From Pecten maximus (Eukaryota): a DNA stretch of 64,000 nt. Below are positions 28,601-41,516 of this stretch, piece after piece (position 1 is the stretch's first letter; each line of letters starts with the position of its first letter). Position numbers and translations under genes: made by a program. Below the pieces are notes generated by a model that saw only the letters and a list, made by a program, of their open reading frames with translations, searched no databases and was not told the origin of the DNA. The stretch covers positions 35,464,001 through 35,528,000 of the forward strand of contig NC_047019.1 of assembly GCF_902652985.1 (NCBI RefSeq). Reading direction: 5' to 3'.

Positions 28601-31600
28601 ATTCTGTCTATAACATATTTAAGATATTTTTGAAAACAGTGTGAAAACAGCATTTTATTAGAGTCTGAGTGATACAACATCTGAAAGAGTGAATCCTGCT
28701 TCTGTTTGGAGATGACACAATACATTTAATGTCATGAAGCTCTAATGTCGCAATGCAAACAATTCAAACCTTTAAAGAATTAAAGCTCCACTGGGCATTA
28801 TGTAAAAAGTCTCCCAGAATTATTATCTTATCATTTGTGAAATAATGAATTTCTTGATAAATAAATGTTATTATACAAACATCTAAATTGGATCTGTTTA
28901 TGCAGAAATGTTTTAGTTGTAGAAATAGTTAATATTAAAACTACTAAAGTAGCTTTTCACCAGGTTTTGAAATTGAAAAAAGTTTAATGTTGTGGTATTT
29001 GTTGTGATAACTTTTAGAAGTCGAGAAAAGGGTCGACGCCGAGGCTACATGGGCCACTTAACCAAGATAGCCAATGATGTGGTAGCTGTTCTAGAAAAGG
29101 GGGAGAACACAGACTTACTCAAGGAGCAGATCAATGGTTTGTTTAGATAATAATCATTACATACGGAAAACAATGAATCATAAAGTTACATTAGTGAACT
29201 GTTATTTTAACTTGATATTTTGATAAAGTTTGTATGATTATCCTATACTTGACTTATAAGTATGCTTAGTCAATGATGAAATAAACATTGGATGGTTGGG
29301 TGGTGCAGCGGTAACACACTTGCTTTTCATGGATGTGAAAAGGTCACCTGCCAACCATGTGGGTTTCTCTGGTTACTCCAGTTTCCTCCCACAATAAGAC
29401 CTCTCATGCACTTCCATTCGGGCCAGCAAGCGTGATTAATATAAGTTGATGTAACTTGTTTCACAATTGTTGTAAAATTTAGAATTTATTTGGAAAATCA
29501 TTTAAATTGAATAACATGTTACATGTGATTGATCAAAGTAACTATCATCTACATTATCATGAAAATTTAAACTAATACCCACAGTAATGAATTTAATGCA
29601 AGCACGATTTCATCAGGTTTCTGTACACCAGTCTTATGTTTTTCCAAAAAATACTACAATCGGCTTTCTGCACATTGCTGCTAAAGAATTCGGAAATCAT
29701 TTGTCAACATTTGAAACCTCTCATTTCAGAACTGGGAGAAGAACACAGAGAAAAATGGGAAGCTTTTGTCTCTGGTAGCTTATCAGATTTAAACAAGAAA
29801 AATACAATAGAATTGGTAAGTCAGAATAATTCTGTCATACAATGCTGATACAATGGAATTGTTAAAATTTTCATTGTATTGATTATTGTCGTGCCATAGG
29901 AAAAACTTTCCATTGTTTTGATTTAAGGATATTGAAATAGTCTTGAGTAAATAAAATAATAGATACATGTAATATTCACCATTTGACATATGCATTAAAA
30001 GGAACAATGTACAACATTTAGTGACCATCATTTTTCTGCACAGGTTCGGGGTCATCCGATTGCCTCTAGTAGCGATGATGAGGACCCCGACTTTAGAGAC
30101 ATTCCCTTCCCACAAGACGAGGCAATACAGCAGGTATGTTTGTACTTTATCTACTCACTTGTTTAATTGATTGTGGAATTGTGAAAATGAAACTCAAATA
30201 TTTTAAATATTACAAAATTCTTTTTAAAGTTAAAGCTGAAATGATGCAATAACCATCAACGATTTATGTATATCTGCTTCTGCTTCTTGTAATATTGTTC
30301 TTTGGAGCTAAACATGAGCATGTCACACTTTTTCCAGTAGTTTATGCATGTAACATGAAGTGTCTGTAGAGTGTTAAAGATATAGATAAAAATGAGGAGG
30401 TGAAGTAATGCTTGATAATTAGAAGTGGTTTTTCAATACATGTTGAGAATTATATATTCTTATTGAATGTTGAGACTTTCCATAGAAGTAAATGACATTT
30501 GTATCATAATTGCACTGCCCCTGTAAACCAAAGACAATGTTAAGATTTCATCTGAACCGAAAAAAAAATTCTCCATGCAAATGACTCCTAAGAAATGATT
30601 AGGTTTTGTGTCACCTAGGTAATTTGTCATTGACAGTAAGGTTGTATGCACTTAAGTTTTCTGTGCAAAAGATTAGTTCAGTCATACTAAGAAACAAAAA
30701 CTTAACAGAAAGTGCTTTGATGGGAATAGTTCTGAAGGTCAAAAGTCAAGGTCATAAAATATTTCTTGAATTAACTGTTGAACTGTTAATATGGCCCCCA
30801 GAAGTCACTGCATTGTGGCACTGTAACTCTTTTCTCTGTGACAACTTATAAAATCTCTTTAACTGCCTAAAATCTTTCTTGTGTGATAACTTAAAAAAAA
30901 CTTTAACTGCTTTATTTGATCAAAATTAGATTGTCGGTTATAGTTAAAAAAAATTCCCTTTGATTTTGGCATACTTTTGTTATCAGTAAGATACTGATAT
31001 ATCAAAAAATGGTTAAAACGAAAATATTTTAATTTAAATTTGTATCTTTTTGGTGTTCTGTCATACATGCATTTACATTGAACCTGGCCCTTATAAAGCA
31101 TGGTGTTTAATTAGATATGATATTAGGATTATATCATATTAGTAGGTGATTGCTAGATTTACTTTTGAAAATGCCTGGCATAATCAATGAAATATGATTT
31201 AGCTGAAAAGGCTAATGTGTGTTATTCGATTGAATTTTGAGAAACTTGTTCTTCCTAAGAATTGTGTTGCTAGCTTACAGTAGTAGACACTAGGCATGGG
31301 CAGGTGATAGCTAACTTACTGTAGTACAGACAGGTGTGTCCACTCCAGACATGGGCAGGTGATAGCTAACTTACTGTAGTACAGACAGGTGTGTCCACTC
31401 CTGACATGGTTGGGTGATGGCTAACTTACTGTAGTACAGACAGGTGTGTCCACTCCTGACATGGATGTGTGGTGGCTAACTTACTGTAGTACAGACAGGT
31501 GTGTCCACTCCTGACATGGTTGGGTGATGGCTAACTTACTGTAGTACAGACAGGTGTGTCCACTCCTGACATGGATGTGTGGTGGCTAACTTACTGTAGT

Positions 31601-34600
31601 ACAGACAAGTGTGTCCACTCCTGACATGGGTGGGTGATGGCTAACTTACTGTAGTACAGACAGGTGTGTCCACTCCTGACATGGATGGGTGATGGCTAAC
31701 TTACTGTAGTACAGACAGGTGTGTCCACTCCTGACATGGATGTGTGGTGGCTAACTTACTGTAGTACAGACAGGTGTGTCCACTCCTGACATGGGTGGGT
31801 GGTGGCTAACTTACTGTAGTACAGACAGGTGTGTCCACTCCTGACATGGGTGGGTGGTGGCTAACTTAATGTAGTACAGACAGATGTGTCCACTCCTGAC
31901 ATGGGTGGGTGGTGGCTAACTTACTGTAGTACAGACAGGTGTGTCCACTCCTGACATGGGTGGTTGATGGCTAACTTACTGTAGTACAGACAGGTGTGTC
32001 CACTCCTGACACGGGTGGGTGATGGTTAACTTACTGTAGTACAGACAGGTGTGTCCACTCCAGACATGGATGGGTGATGGCTAACTTACTGTAGTACAGA
32101 CAGGTGTGTCCACTCCTGACATGGGTGGGTAATGGCTAACTTACTGTAGTACAGACAGATGTGTCCACTCCTGACATGGGTGGGTGGTGGCTAACTTACT
32201 GTAGTACAGACAGGCGTGTCCACTCCTGACATAGGCAGTTGACAGCTAGCTTACTGTAGTACAGACAGGTGTGTCCACTCCTGACATGGGTGGGTGATGG
32301 CTAACTTACTGTAGTACAGACAGGTGTGTCCACTCCTGACATGGGTGGGTGACAGCTAGCTTACTGAAGTAGACAGGTGTGTGCACTCTTTGCATTGGTG
32401 GTAATGGTTAACTAACTGTAGTACAGACAGGTGTGTCCACTCCTGGCATGGGTGGGTGGGTACACAGATGTTCGTGGCTGCTGATGTGCCGCCTGATTTA
32501 TTATTCATCAGGCCTTCTCTGATTACCAGCTGCAACAAATGACCAGCAACTTCATCGACCAATTCGGCTTCAATGAGGAAGAGTTCGCAGAGCAGGAAGG
32601 CAAACTAGAGTGAGTGATGGATTTGTATTCTTTATTGATGTAACTTATTGAAGCCTTTGTACCCTCTTTGTAAATTATTGTCTTCCGAGTTTTTTGCCAC
32701 AGTTTTTGTATTTATTTTTTCAAGTGACAATTTTACATTTTAAACATGACCTCTTGTTTGCACACTCACTTTTATTCAAATTTTAAATAGTAATTGTTGA
32801 CATATTATCAAGGATTTTACATGTGTAACATGTAATTAATTACAGAAACCTGTCAAATATGCTCTAAAAGGTTATCAAAAACTTGATGGATTAATTATGC
32901 AAATTATTGGATTACTTTCAGCTCACTTTTCACAGAGAGGATATCTAGTATAGACTTTAACATTCAAGCTAATGAGGATCATGTAAGTATTTGTTTATAT
33001 TGTTTGTGACAAGATGACACCTATAATTAGTATATTAGTATTAGAATTACTAGTTTAGTATACATGAAAAAGTCACAGGATTATTTGTAATGATCTAGTC
33101 AGTAATAATGTGTTACTTGCCCAGAGTGCTTAACATGTCCCAACACTTTATCTCTATCCTTCTACCTCTTGGTTGCGAGTTTGAAACCCTCGTGGGGCAG
33201 TTGCCTGGTACTGACTGTACTCCGGCTTTCCTCAACCTCCAAAACCTGGCATGTCCATAAATGACCCTGGCTGTGAATAGGACGTAAACAAAATAAACCA
33301 AGTAACTTGCCATTAACACAACAGTACAATTTGTACAAAACATCCTACTATGGTTTATCAAGAAACTAGTACAATATGATTTTAGTATGTAATATCATTG
33401 GTGTCCAGTCCATAGAACTTGCAGGTACTATACATACGCTCTGTCTGTGAGTCACATTGTCCATTGTCCAGTGTGTAACTCATAAAAACACTTTAACTGC
33501 TAATTATATATGTGAGTGCATCCTGACACATTAGAGTGTCAGTGGAATTTGATCGTGTGCTGTACATGTAGATTTCCATAACTCTAAACTTGGACAATAA
33601 CATTCAGTCAGTGACCAGAAACCTGTTCGGGCGTAATCTTTTGTCTTGCTGCAGTATAATTTAGATGTTGAAATAATTGAAAGTACAGAGCAACCCGCTT
33701 ATTTGCATAGCCCTTTTTCCATGACAAAATATGCAAATAACCGGAGTATTCGTATAGGCGGAGTTGGTTTTTGGCCCCTCTTATACACTATGTAGATCGT
33801 CAGGTAGGTACTCAAAACGGGCGCTATATGATTGTTTACGTTATTTGCATTAAAAACATATTTAAAAAAAAACATTATTTAAAATACGAAATAAATGGGT
33901 TGTTATTCTTTGTAAATGTACAAATATTTGCATATACATTTGTACTTCGTCGTTTACTACTTGTCACTCCGAGTTTGTGGGTCCGAAATCGGTCATACAC
34001 GCGTGGGTTGGCACTACGATGTACAATGTGATCGTTTCAATAAACATTCATTATCGTCTTGAGATGTGTTTTGTTCCTGCTATGAGTATATTAGTTGTTT
34101 GATCATAGATGATGAACTGCTTAAGCAATAGACTGTCTTAAATGACCGTGAGATGGGCATTGTCGTTTGGGTTTGTTTTGGAAAATGGCGCACACACTCA
34201 AAGAGTTGTCGTTCCTTACACATATGCCCCCACAATGCAACGCGCCTAGTAAACAATCATGGCGATCGCAACCTGCCTCAGCGAGTGTTCAAGTGCACAG
34301 AACACAGGTTTGGATCGATGCTATAATAAATAAACAAATCTCATCAAAAGATGAGACATATCAATATTTTATTCAGTAATTTTTCTTCACAATGCTACTG
34401 ATATGGTCTGGATAATAACTAAATGTCGATATCGATGCATCGAACATAACCTGTTTTGACGAAGTGGGAACCAATGATTAGATAACGTTGTACATCGTGT
34501 CGAATCAATATGCAAGTTAAAAACACTTTTCATAAAACTTTTATAACGGGAAAATCACAAAAATACCCCAAAATCAATTAAATTTTTTTCGATTTTTTGG

Positions 34601-37600
34601 AATTTTTATATGCATATAAGCGGGAGTCGGTGTTTTAGTCGATGCAAATACACGGGATTAAAATACAAAGATAAAGAAGAAAAAAATCGGGACCTAAGAA
34701 TTTTATGCAAATAAGCGGGATATTCAAATAACCGATATGCAAATAAGTGGGCTCCTCTGTACATACAAATGCTACTTTTCCTTATTTTTACAGAATCTGA
34801 ACTGCAACTTTCCCAGCATAATATGTTTTTGCTGTTATGCAATCTCCCATCTGAGCATCTGTATTACCAAACAAACTATGTGTCAGTTGTGTGGTTCAAA
34901 ATTGCGACATTCTAGTGATCAATAAAAATAGTTCTATACCATTCATATTGATATTTACAACAGATTGACTACTGTTGTTTTTAGTTTGCCAGGATGAAAT
35001 GGACCTGCTGATCTTAGTCGTGACATTTGACCTTTTAAAAAACTAATTCTGAATTTCAACCCTCTTGGCGAGCTATGTTGTCTTCTGATAACTCTTTGTT
35101 ATGATAAACTGATCACTTGTTTTCACAGGCAGCAAGCTCTTCAATGTTTGGCCAGGCTTGTAATGAAAAAATACAGCAGTTTGATGACAATGATGACAGT
35201 GATGAGGACATATGGGAAGAGAAGGAAATAACATATTCACCAAGCTCACAGGCTAAAAGGCCAGGGTAAGTGTCAACACATTGCATAGATCACAGGTATA
35301 GAATTGTGAAAAAGATGTTGTTGGTGAAATCTTACTTTTGCATGGAAGTGCTCTATAATAATCATAGGGTTCACCTGCCCATCAGCAATTTAATTTCCAT
35401 CTGGGAATCCAGAAGTTCAAAATTGTGTGATACGGTTCCCAAGGTTAAGGTCACTACTTAGAAACATAAGTGGGAATTACAGATTACTTTCAGAAAAAAA
35501 CAACAACATATAAGGCCTTACAGAAGGCCAATCTTCTTGATTGCTCATGATGATACACTAATAAGCAGAGACTGGGTTTATTGGATATGAGTGGTCATCA
35601 TTCAGGTGAAAGGCCAGGTTCAAAGGTCACACTTGACCACTTTAGAAATAAGGAGATTGTGAACAAAATGTCTCACGAACCTTTCAACCGATTTGGTACA
35701 ACATTGTAAAACACATTTTGTTATTTGTATATTCGGAGCATTTAAGCAGCAATTCATTATAAATACAGCACCCAGTTTAGATACACATTGCAAGGCCTTT
35801 CAGGAGTGTCAGTACTCTAGACAATCTGATTTAAAGACTAGACACCATAAATAGGCCATTGTTGAGAGTAACATGTCTTCCTGCCATTAGTTTTACATCA
35901 GTTTGAGGCAAGAAGTAGAAAAGTGATATTTACTTCTGCTATACCATTTGAGACAAAGATTTGAAAAAAAACTGGCAATGCTTTGTTCGCAGACGTTTGA
36001 CAGAAACCTCAGGTGATGACAGTGATACCAGCACGGATAGCGAGGAGGAACTTACCTCACCGAAGAGGATTCTACAACAACCAAGTGAGAACATGGACGT
36101 TGACTCCAGTCAGGATGGTAGGCTATATAGAGACACAAAACTAATCCCAAATTTACAATAGTCGGACATCAAACTAGCTCAAAAGATTTTGGTGTTAGAG
36201 GCAGATGGGGCGGGGGAGTGTCATTTCCAGACAAATTGAACTCCATTAGCTTTTAGTTATAGAAATGTTATGTGTTGTGGTGTGTTGTTCATTCCCTTTC
36301 CTTATATTCCCCATACTGTTAGGTTCAGTAATAAGTATTTAAAAAGTTTAATGGAAATTAGATTGTTATAACTAATAAATACACTCTCATGGGTAAAAGC
36401 TCAGTATGATCACTGAATTCAGTTTTTTAGGAACAGCTACCTTTCAATATGTGACTTTGTAATTTAGGCAAAGCCATCTATTTCATTATTTCAAGAATCT
36501 GACAGTTTCATTTTCACCCATGTTTAACCTTGAGGTGATTTTAATTTTCGAAAATAATTTTTCTCAAAAAAAAAGAAGAAGAAAAAAAAGAGAAGAAATG
36601 CAGAATTTTATGACTTTTATATCACCAATTGAAATATGGTCAGGGCCCAGGTGTATTAATGTATTGTTTTGTGTACAGCTTGGCAAGCCAGTTTTGACGA
36701 AGAATCAACACCTGTTGCCATGGACACTTCACCATGGAACAATGCTCAGCAACAACAGCAAGAACAACCAAATCAAACAGATGGAGAGAATTGGGCACAG
36801 TTCACCAACAAAATACCAGTACCGCCACAAAATGAGGACAACTGGGCAGACTTCAGTAATATAAATGATCTTAGCAGGTAAGTGATTAAATGATCTAAAC
36901 AGGTAACTGATTAAATGATCTAATAGCAGGTAAGTGATTAAATTATCTAAACAGGTAACTGATTAAATGATCTAAACAGGTAACTGATTAAATGATCTGA
37001 ACAGGTAAATGATTAAATGATCTAAACAGGTAACTGATTAAATGATCTAAACAGGTAACTGATTAAATGATCTAAACAGGTAACTGATTAAATGATCTAA
37101 ACAGGTAACTGATTAAATGATCTAAACAGGTAATTGATTAAATGATCTAAACAGGTAGCTGATTAAATGATCTAAACTGGTAACTGATTTACTAATAATG
37201 CGTAGTGCTGCAGGTGAAATCTTTGCATGTTATGTTTAGGAAATTCTTCTTTTGTTTGCTTGCTTTGATATCAAAATGAGGCATTTACAATACTTAAAGA
37301 TAAACATATTCTGAAAAGGAAAGAAAATAGTTCAAATTTAATAAGAAGTCAACTGAACAGTGGTCAAGGTCATTGAGTGAAATGTCAAGGACGACTTTTG
37401 TATCTTTTAAATGGTGAAGATATTGTTATATTATTCTGAAACAGATGGAAGAAATCAAACGAGAAGTAGTTACTGGATCAAAGGTCCCAAATTTGTATCT
37501 CTTAACTAGCAAGCATTTCAAATATGACATGGTATAACCTTGGTTTAAATCTGACAGCACCATGTAGTCATAAAATATTACTTTGTGTTTAAAGTTCTGC

Positions 37601-40600
37601 CCCTGGACCCAGGAGCAGTTCCCCAGTGGAGATGGATACTACTGACATCAACTCTCGGCCTGCTGCATACTGTAAGTTGGACCAGTATTCATTGTTACTT
37701 CTCTATACCTTTCTGTACAACATCTTGCACCCTCGGCTCATCCACCCACCTATAAGTCATTGATAATATGTAAAATATGCATAATGTGATTAATACTGCA
37801 AGTTACCCTCAATATTTTTCTTTCCCATGTATTTGCAGGATCAGCAAGTTTGAATGCTACCATATCTTGGTATGTCTTTGGGATAGATACATTGTGCTTT
37901 ATTGTATGTTTTCTTGTTTCAGTGGCCAGAAGTGCCCCACCAGACCTTGCATCATCTTTAGAACAGGTTAGCAACAACATTAAGACTGATGATCTGGAGG
38001 TGGAGTCGTCAGAGGAACATGTACAAGGCAGCGAAGTTACATCGACATCTGACATTGTCACTTCGCCAAAGTCTCCAACTACCCCTCGTTCTCCATTATC
38101 TTCATCCAGCGACGCAACACCAGAGTCCTCCAGTCAGAAAACCACTGGTGTGGGGTAAGTCACACTTCGAAAAATGTTTCTATTAAACTGAGCATTTAAA
38201 TCATGTTTGTGAATTAGAGCTTTTCTAGTAGAAACAAGTGTTGGTTGTAAAAAGACATAAATGTGTTATTAAAAATAAAAGATTTAATACGAAAATAATT
38301 TAACTGATCAGAAATGTTGACGTTAAAAATGTAACATTTGTGGAAGATGTGTGAAATAACTTGAAACGGTAATTGTGTAGTTGTTGGTTTTGACAACACT
38401 TCTGTGGAATGAATGCTTAATTTATGGTTTGATGGACATTTAATCCCCAACCCCACCCACCCATTAAGTAATGAAATAGTGAAGGACTCAAGAAAGAAAG
38501 AAATTATGAAATCACCTTATTGGAAGTACAGTGGAACTTCGTTAACTCGAAGTCGACGGGACCACGAAAAAACTTTGAGTTATCCGAGTGTTCGAATTAA
38601 GCGAGTTATCATTTTTGGTGAAAAGTTTGGTCAATATTTGTCAACATTATATAATCATTATAACTTCGCTCCGTCGCTCATCAGTTTAGTGTGAAGACTG
38701 GTCAATACATGTAAATATATATGTAATGTTTCGTTATGTCACTTGTAATTTGGTGTAGTTTTGCCGATATACAGTCACGATAAAGTTTCTTTCACTTAGT
38801 CACTTCAATAACGATCTGATGTGCAAGTCATGTTTGCAAAAGGTAAACGATAAAACGGAATTCGACAAAATAACAAGTTATTAATGTCAAAACAAATAAC
38901 CGTTTAAGTTTAACACAGATTGCATACAAAACGTAACAGAACCATTACCTTTTATTGGACATATATAAAATACTGTTTGATCGGCCTACTTACTTTTTAT
39001 TGATAACCACGCCATTTCCCATTCGGAACTCCTCGGGTATTCTTTTCAATAATCCACTTACCCGAGGTTATCCGATTGGCCATTTCCATGTGTATTAGCA
39101 CCGGAAGTTGGGCTGCGCATGTGCGTATAAAATGTTACTGTAACTGAGTTGGCGTTTTATCCGATTTAATAGGCGGCACTGACCGTTACAGTTGTACTCT
39201 GAACACCTCGGCAGTAATTACGCTATTGTTTCAGCAGTTTAAAGATTTAATAGGCGCCGGTGACTGTGTCATTTCTACACCTGTAAAAACATGTGTCATT
39301 TCTACACCTGTAAAAACATCAGCCGGGTAGATCTACCGGTGTGTCAGAGATTAGTTCCGCTTGAGCGAACGGGTAGATGAGTTGTTGACTATCGTGTGTA
39401 CTGATATCGGCGACCGCCTTGGGAAATTACCTGATGTAAGGAAAGCAGTACTTTTTATCACCAAGACTTGTTGTTATAAGATTCAACCGACAATTTCTTT
39501 TATGAATTTATGAAACACTTATAATAGCATGTAGGTTAGTAGTGCCGATATGTTCAGTATTACAAACGGAATTTAGCTCTTAAAAAATGTCGGCGTTTGC
39601 CACCGACCGACGAAAATTATACTTCGAGTTATTCGACCATTTCAAGTAGGATTTTTATTGTTGGGACCAAATTTTTACTTCGTATTATCCGAGTTTTTCG
39701 AGTTATCCGAATTCGAATTTTCCGAGTTTTTTTTACTAAGATAAAGAGAGAATTCGGCCGGGACCGGCGAGGTACTTCGAGTTAAGCGGGGTATTCGAGT
39801 TTTCCGAGTTCGAGTTAACGAAGTTCCACTGTACATGTTTGATAAACCAGTGTCCTTCTGTTGCGTAAATATTTTACTGGAATAGTCCTTAGCAGCAGGA
39901 TTCTTGCATGCTACTTTTTATGGGCATTCTGTGAGTGAGGTGAATACTCCTCTTAAGTGTACATGTACATATGTAGTATACAAGCTTTCATGTGTTAAAC
40001 TCCAACAAATGTTTAAGCTGTTCAAATATGAGTGAAACTGGTATCGGCGCAGTGTGATTTATAAGGAAATATCTTTCTTAATGTCAGTGAGAAAAGTGAG
40101 GAGCCCTCCTCATCCACGACTGACGTAGCAAGTGACAGTGGGGAGGACAAGGCTGATGTATCCCCGACGAAGAAAGAAGCCAATGGCAGTAGTGGCAATA
40201 ACCAGGAGGAGAGGCCTTCATCATCAACTGAGGAGGCTGTAGGTGCTGACAGTCCTAGGTAGGTCACCATTCAACAAGTTAGTTCAGCATCAGCTATAGA
40301 AATGTTCTATAGATATACTTCTCTCAAATACAGAGGCTTGTCGGTTATATTAGATGTAGAATTTTAAAGCTTCAAATTCCATTGGAAAATTTTTGATGAA
40401 ATCAGCTGTATTTGCAACAAAATTAATGGGGAGGTAGCAATATCTAGTGCACTCTCAACCCATAATCACTATGTTAATATTAATAATTATACAGGAATCA
40501 GGTTGTCTGTTACTCTGTCCGTCCGTCTGTAGACACAACAATCTGCTGACTACTCTGTCCGTCCGTCTGTAGACACAACAATCTGCTGACTACTCTTTTC

Positions 40601-41516
40601 GTCCGTCTGTAGACACAACAATCTGCCGGCTATTGCTCCTTAACTATTGAGGGGATTTCAATAAAACTTTCTGGCAATAATCCTTTTCAGCATTTAGCAG
40701 TTAAAATAAAACAATGAAAACTGTGCATGAAGTCTCGAGTCCTACTAGGATCTCCTAGTTTCCTGTTTTTCCAATGATTCTTCTATACTGATTTGTATTC
40801 TATTGGCGTTCCAGTTTAGTGAGCACAGTTGGGAAGGATACTTCACAGAAGACTCTGGAGACCCCTGACCATATAGGAACCAATGGACCAGTAGATGTAC
40901 CCCAGTTGATAGAGGAGCATGCTAGTCTGTCTCAGGAACAAGTGGAAAACAGGTAATCAACTTATCATAATTCAAGATAATCCAGACAGCTATGTAATTA
41001 AGACCTAAACTAGATCACATGTAGGCATCCAGGTCACCAACAGTTGAAAAGTCTGTGGGTATAGTCTCCACTACTTTACTTCTGTTGCTGACCTAACATC
41101 AGACCAGGGTGTCTCCTCTCTAAGGATTACCTTTGTAATTGGGATAGGAATTAGTATTAGCTTTTAGCTTGTTTTCCAATCCTACATGTATATATGATTT
41201 GTATTGTTATGTCGTGTGTAAGTACTTGAATATGAATAAAATATTGTTTTACTAATTAAAACAAAATTTTGTTTTGGTCTTCTCTGAGGATGTGTATTTC
41301 TCAAATAAGAGGCGAGAATGAGTTTTAAGTTCAGGAAATGTATCAATGTGCCATAATGAGATTAAAACTTTCCTTTGTACTTTTTCAGTTAAAATATACT
41401 GTAACTTACAATTTTATTTTTACAGTAATCAGGCCAAAGATTGCCTAGAGAAGAAGGACAGTTCAATGTCCAGTGCCTCTCCAGCTACCAACGTTGTTCA
41501 GAATGGTCCAGTTTGA
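19697..41516 (+). CDS. PPP6R3: Serine/threonine-protein phosphatase 6 regulatory subunit (SAPS domain; PPP6R3-like), 25 coding exons, about 982 aa
   Basis: Exons 19697-19756, 20927-21006, 21132-21218, 21583-21769, 23709-23846, 24656-24721, 25145-25257, 25787-25900, 26299-26428, 27005-27163, 27838-27963, 28285-28349, 29018-29136, 29730-29815, 30044-30133, 32512-32609, 32922-32982, 35129-35265, 35993-36117, 36679-36877, 37595-37671, 37923-38154, 40088-40258, 40815-40952, 41426-41516. All are GT-AG and phase-consistent (2949 nt). SAPS motifs seen: [96 protein letters not shown], and C-terminal NGPV. It is probably the single invertebrate co-orthologue of PPP6R1/2/3. Confidence 0.93.
19869..20054. 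mobile_element. Small MITE (186 bp), CAGGGC termini, 5-bp TSD (hAT5-like?)
   Basis: Terminal inverted repeats (TIRs) CAGGGCATTTTCTA ... TAGAAAAAGCCCTG, with TATCT directly on both flanks. Superfamily is tentative. Confidence 0.6.
23985..24612. mobile_element. Degenerate MITE-like insertion with imperfect TIRs and a poly-G tract
   Basis: Left TTAGGC...AATTACTTGGTCCTCAGGCC versus the reverse complement of the right end TAAGGCC...AATTAGTTGGTTCTCAGGCC. The interior is richer in CpG than the host intron. Confidence 0.4.
26440..26720 (+). mobile_element. Truncated HINE-type remnant (second family)
   Basis: Head TTATTAGCTCA...GTGAGCT inverted repeat, then GTCGTCTGTCAGTCCATCC microsatellite-like sequence and a repeated ATATTTGGCTGGT.GGTTCCTG core. 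Confidence 0.5.
29300..29480 (+). mobile_element. Degenerate tRNA-derived SINE (V-domain-like)
   Basis: A-box-like TGGTGCAGCGG followed by GTGGGTTTCTCTGGTTACTCCAGTTTCCTCCCAC, resembling the conserved V-SINE core. Confidence 0.55.
31270..32460 (+). repeat. 55-bp minisatellite, about 21 copies, in the PPP6R3 intron before exon 32512
   Basis: Unit GCTAACTTACTGTAGTACAGACAGGTGTGTCCACTCCTGACATGGGTGGGTGATG, period 55 (CTAAC at 31311, 31366, 31421...). Confidence 0.95.
33117..33300 (+). mobile_element. Degenerate tRNA-derived SINE
   Basis: B-box-like GAGTTTGAAACCC, internal GTACTCCGGCTTTCCTC, and tail CTGGCTGTGAATAGGACGTAAACAAAATAAACC. Confidence 0.5.
33686..34759. mobile_element. Non-autonomous Tc1/mariner-pogo (Tigger-like) DNA transposon
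   Basis: TA|CAGAGCAACCCGCTTATTTGCATA ... TATGCAAATAAGTGGGCTCCTCTG|TA: imperfect 24-bp TIRs, TA TSD, subterminal ATGCAAATAA repeats, no transposase ORF. Confidence 0.75.
36862..37188 (+). repeat. 25-bp tandem repeat (13 copies) amplified from the PPP6R3 exon 36679-36877 end and its splice donor
   Basis: Unit TAAATGATCTAAACAG|GTAACTGAT. The first copy, TAAATGATCTTAGCAG|GTAAGTGAT, spans the real exon/intron junction at 36877/36878. Confidence 0.95.
38529..39831. mobile_element. Non-autonomous Tc1/mariner-pogo (Tigger-like) DNA transposon
   Basis: TA|CAGTGGAACTTCGTTAACTCGAA ... TTCGAGTTAACGAAGTTCCACTG|TA: perfect 23-bp TIRs, TA TSD, repeated subterminal TTCGAGTT/TCCGAG motifs, no transposase. 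Confidence 0.9.
40511..40630 (+). repeat. 40-bp tandem repeat, 3 copies
   Basis: TACTCTGTCCGTCCGTCTGTAGACACAACAATCTGCTGAC repeated three times. It is probably derived from a HINE microsatellite region. Confidence 0.8.

Noticed and set aside
31270-32460. CRISPR-like array (regular repeats with a variable segment)
   Set aside because: The variable part is only point variants of the same GGGTGGGTGATG sequence. There are no unique spacers or cas genes, and it lies in a eukaryotic intron.
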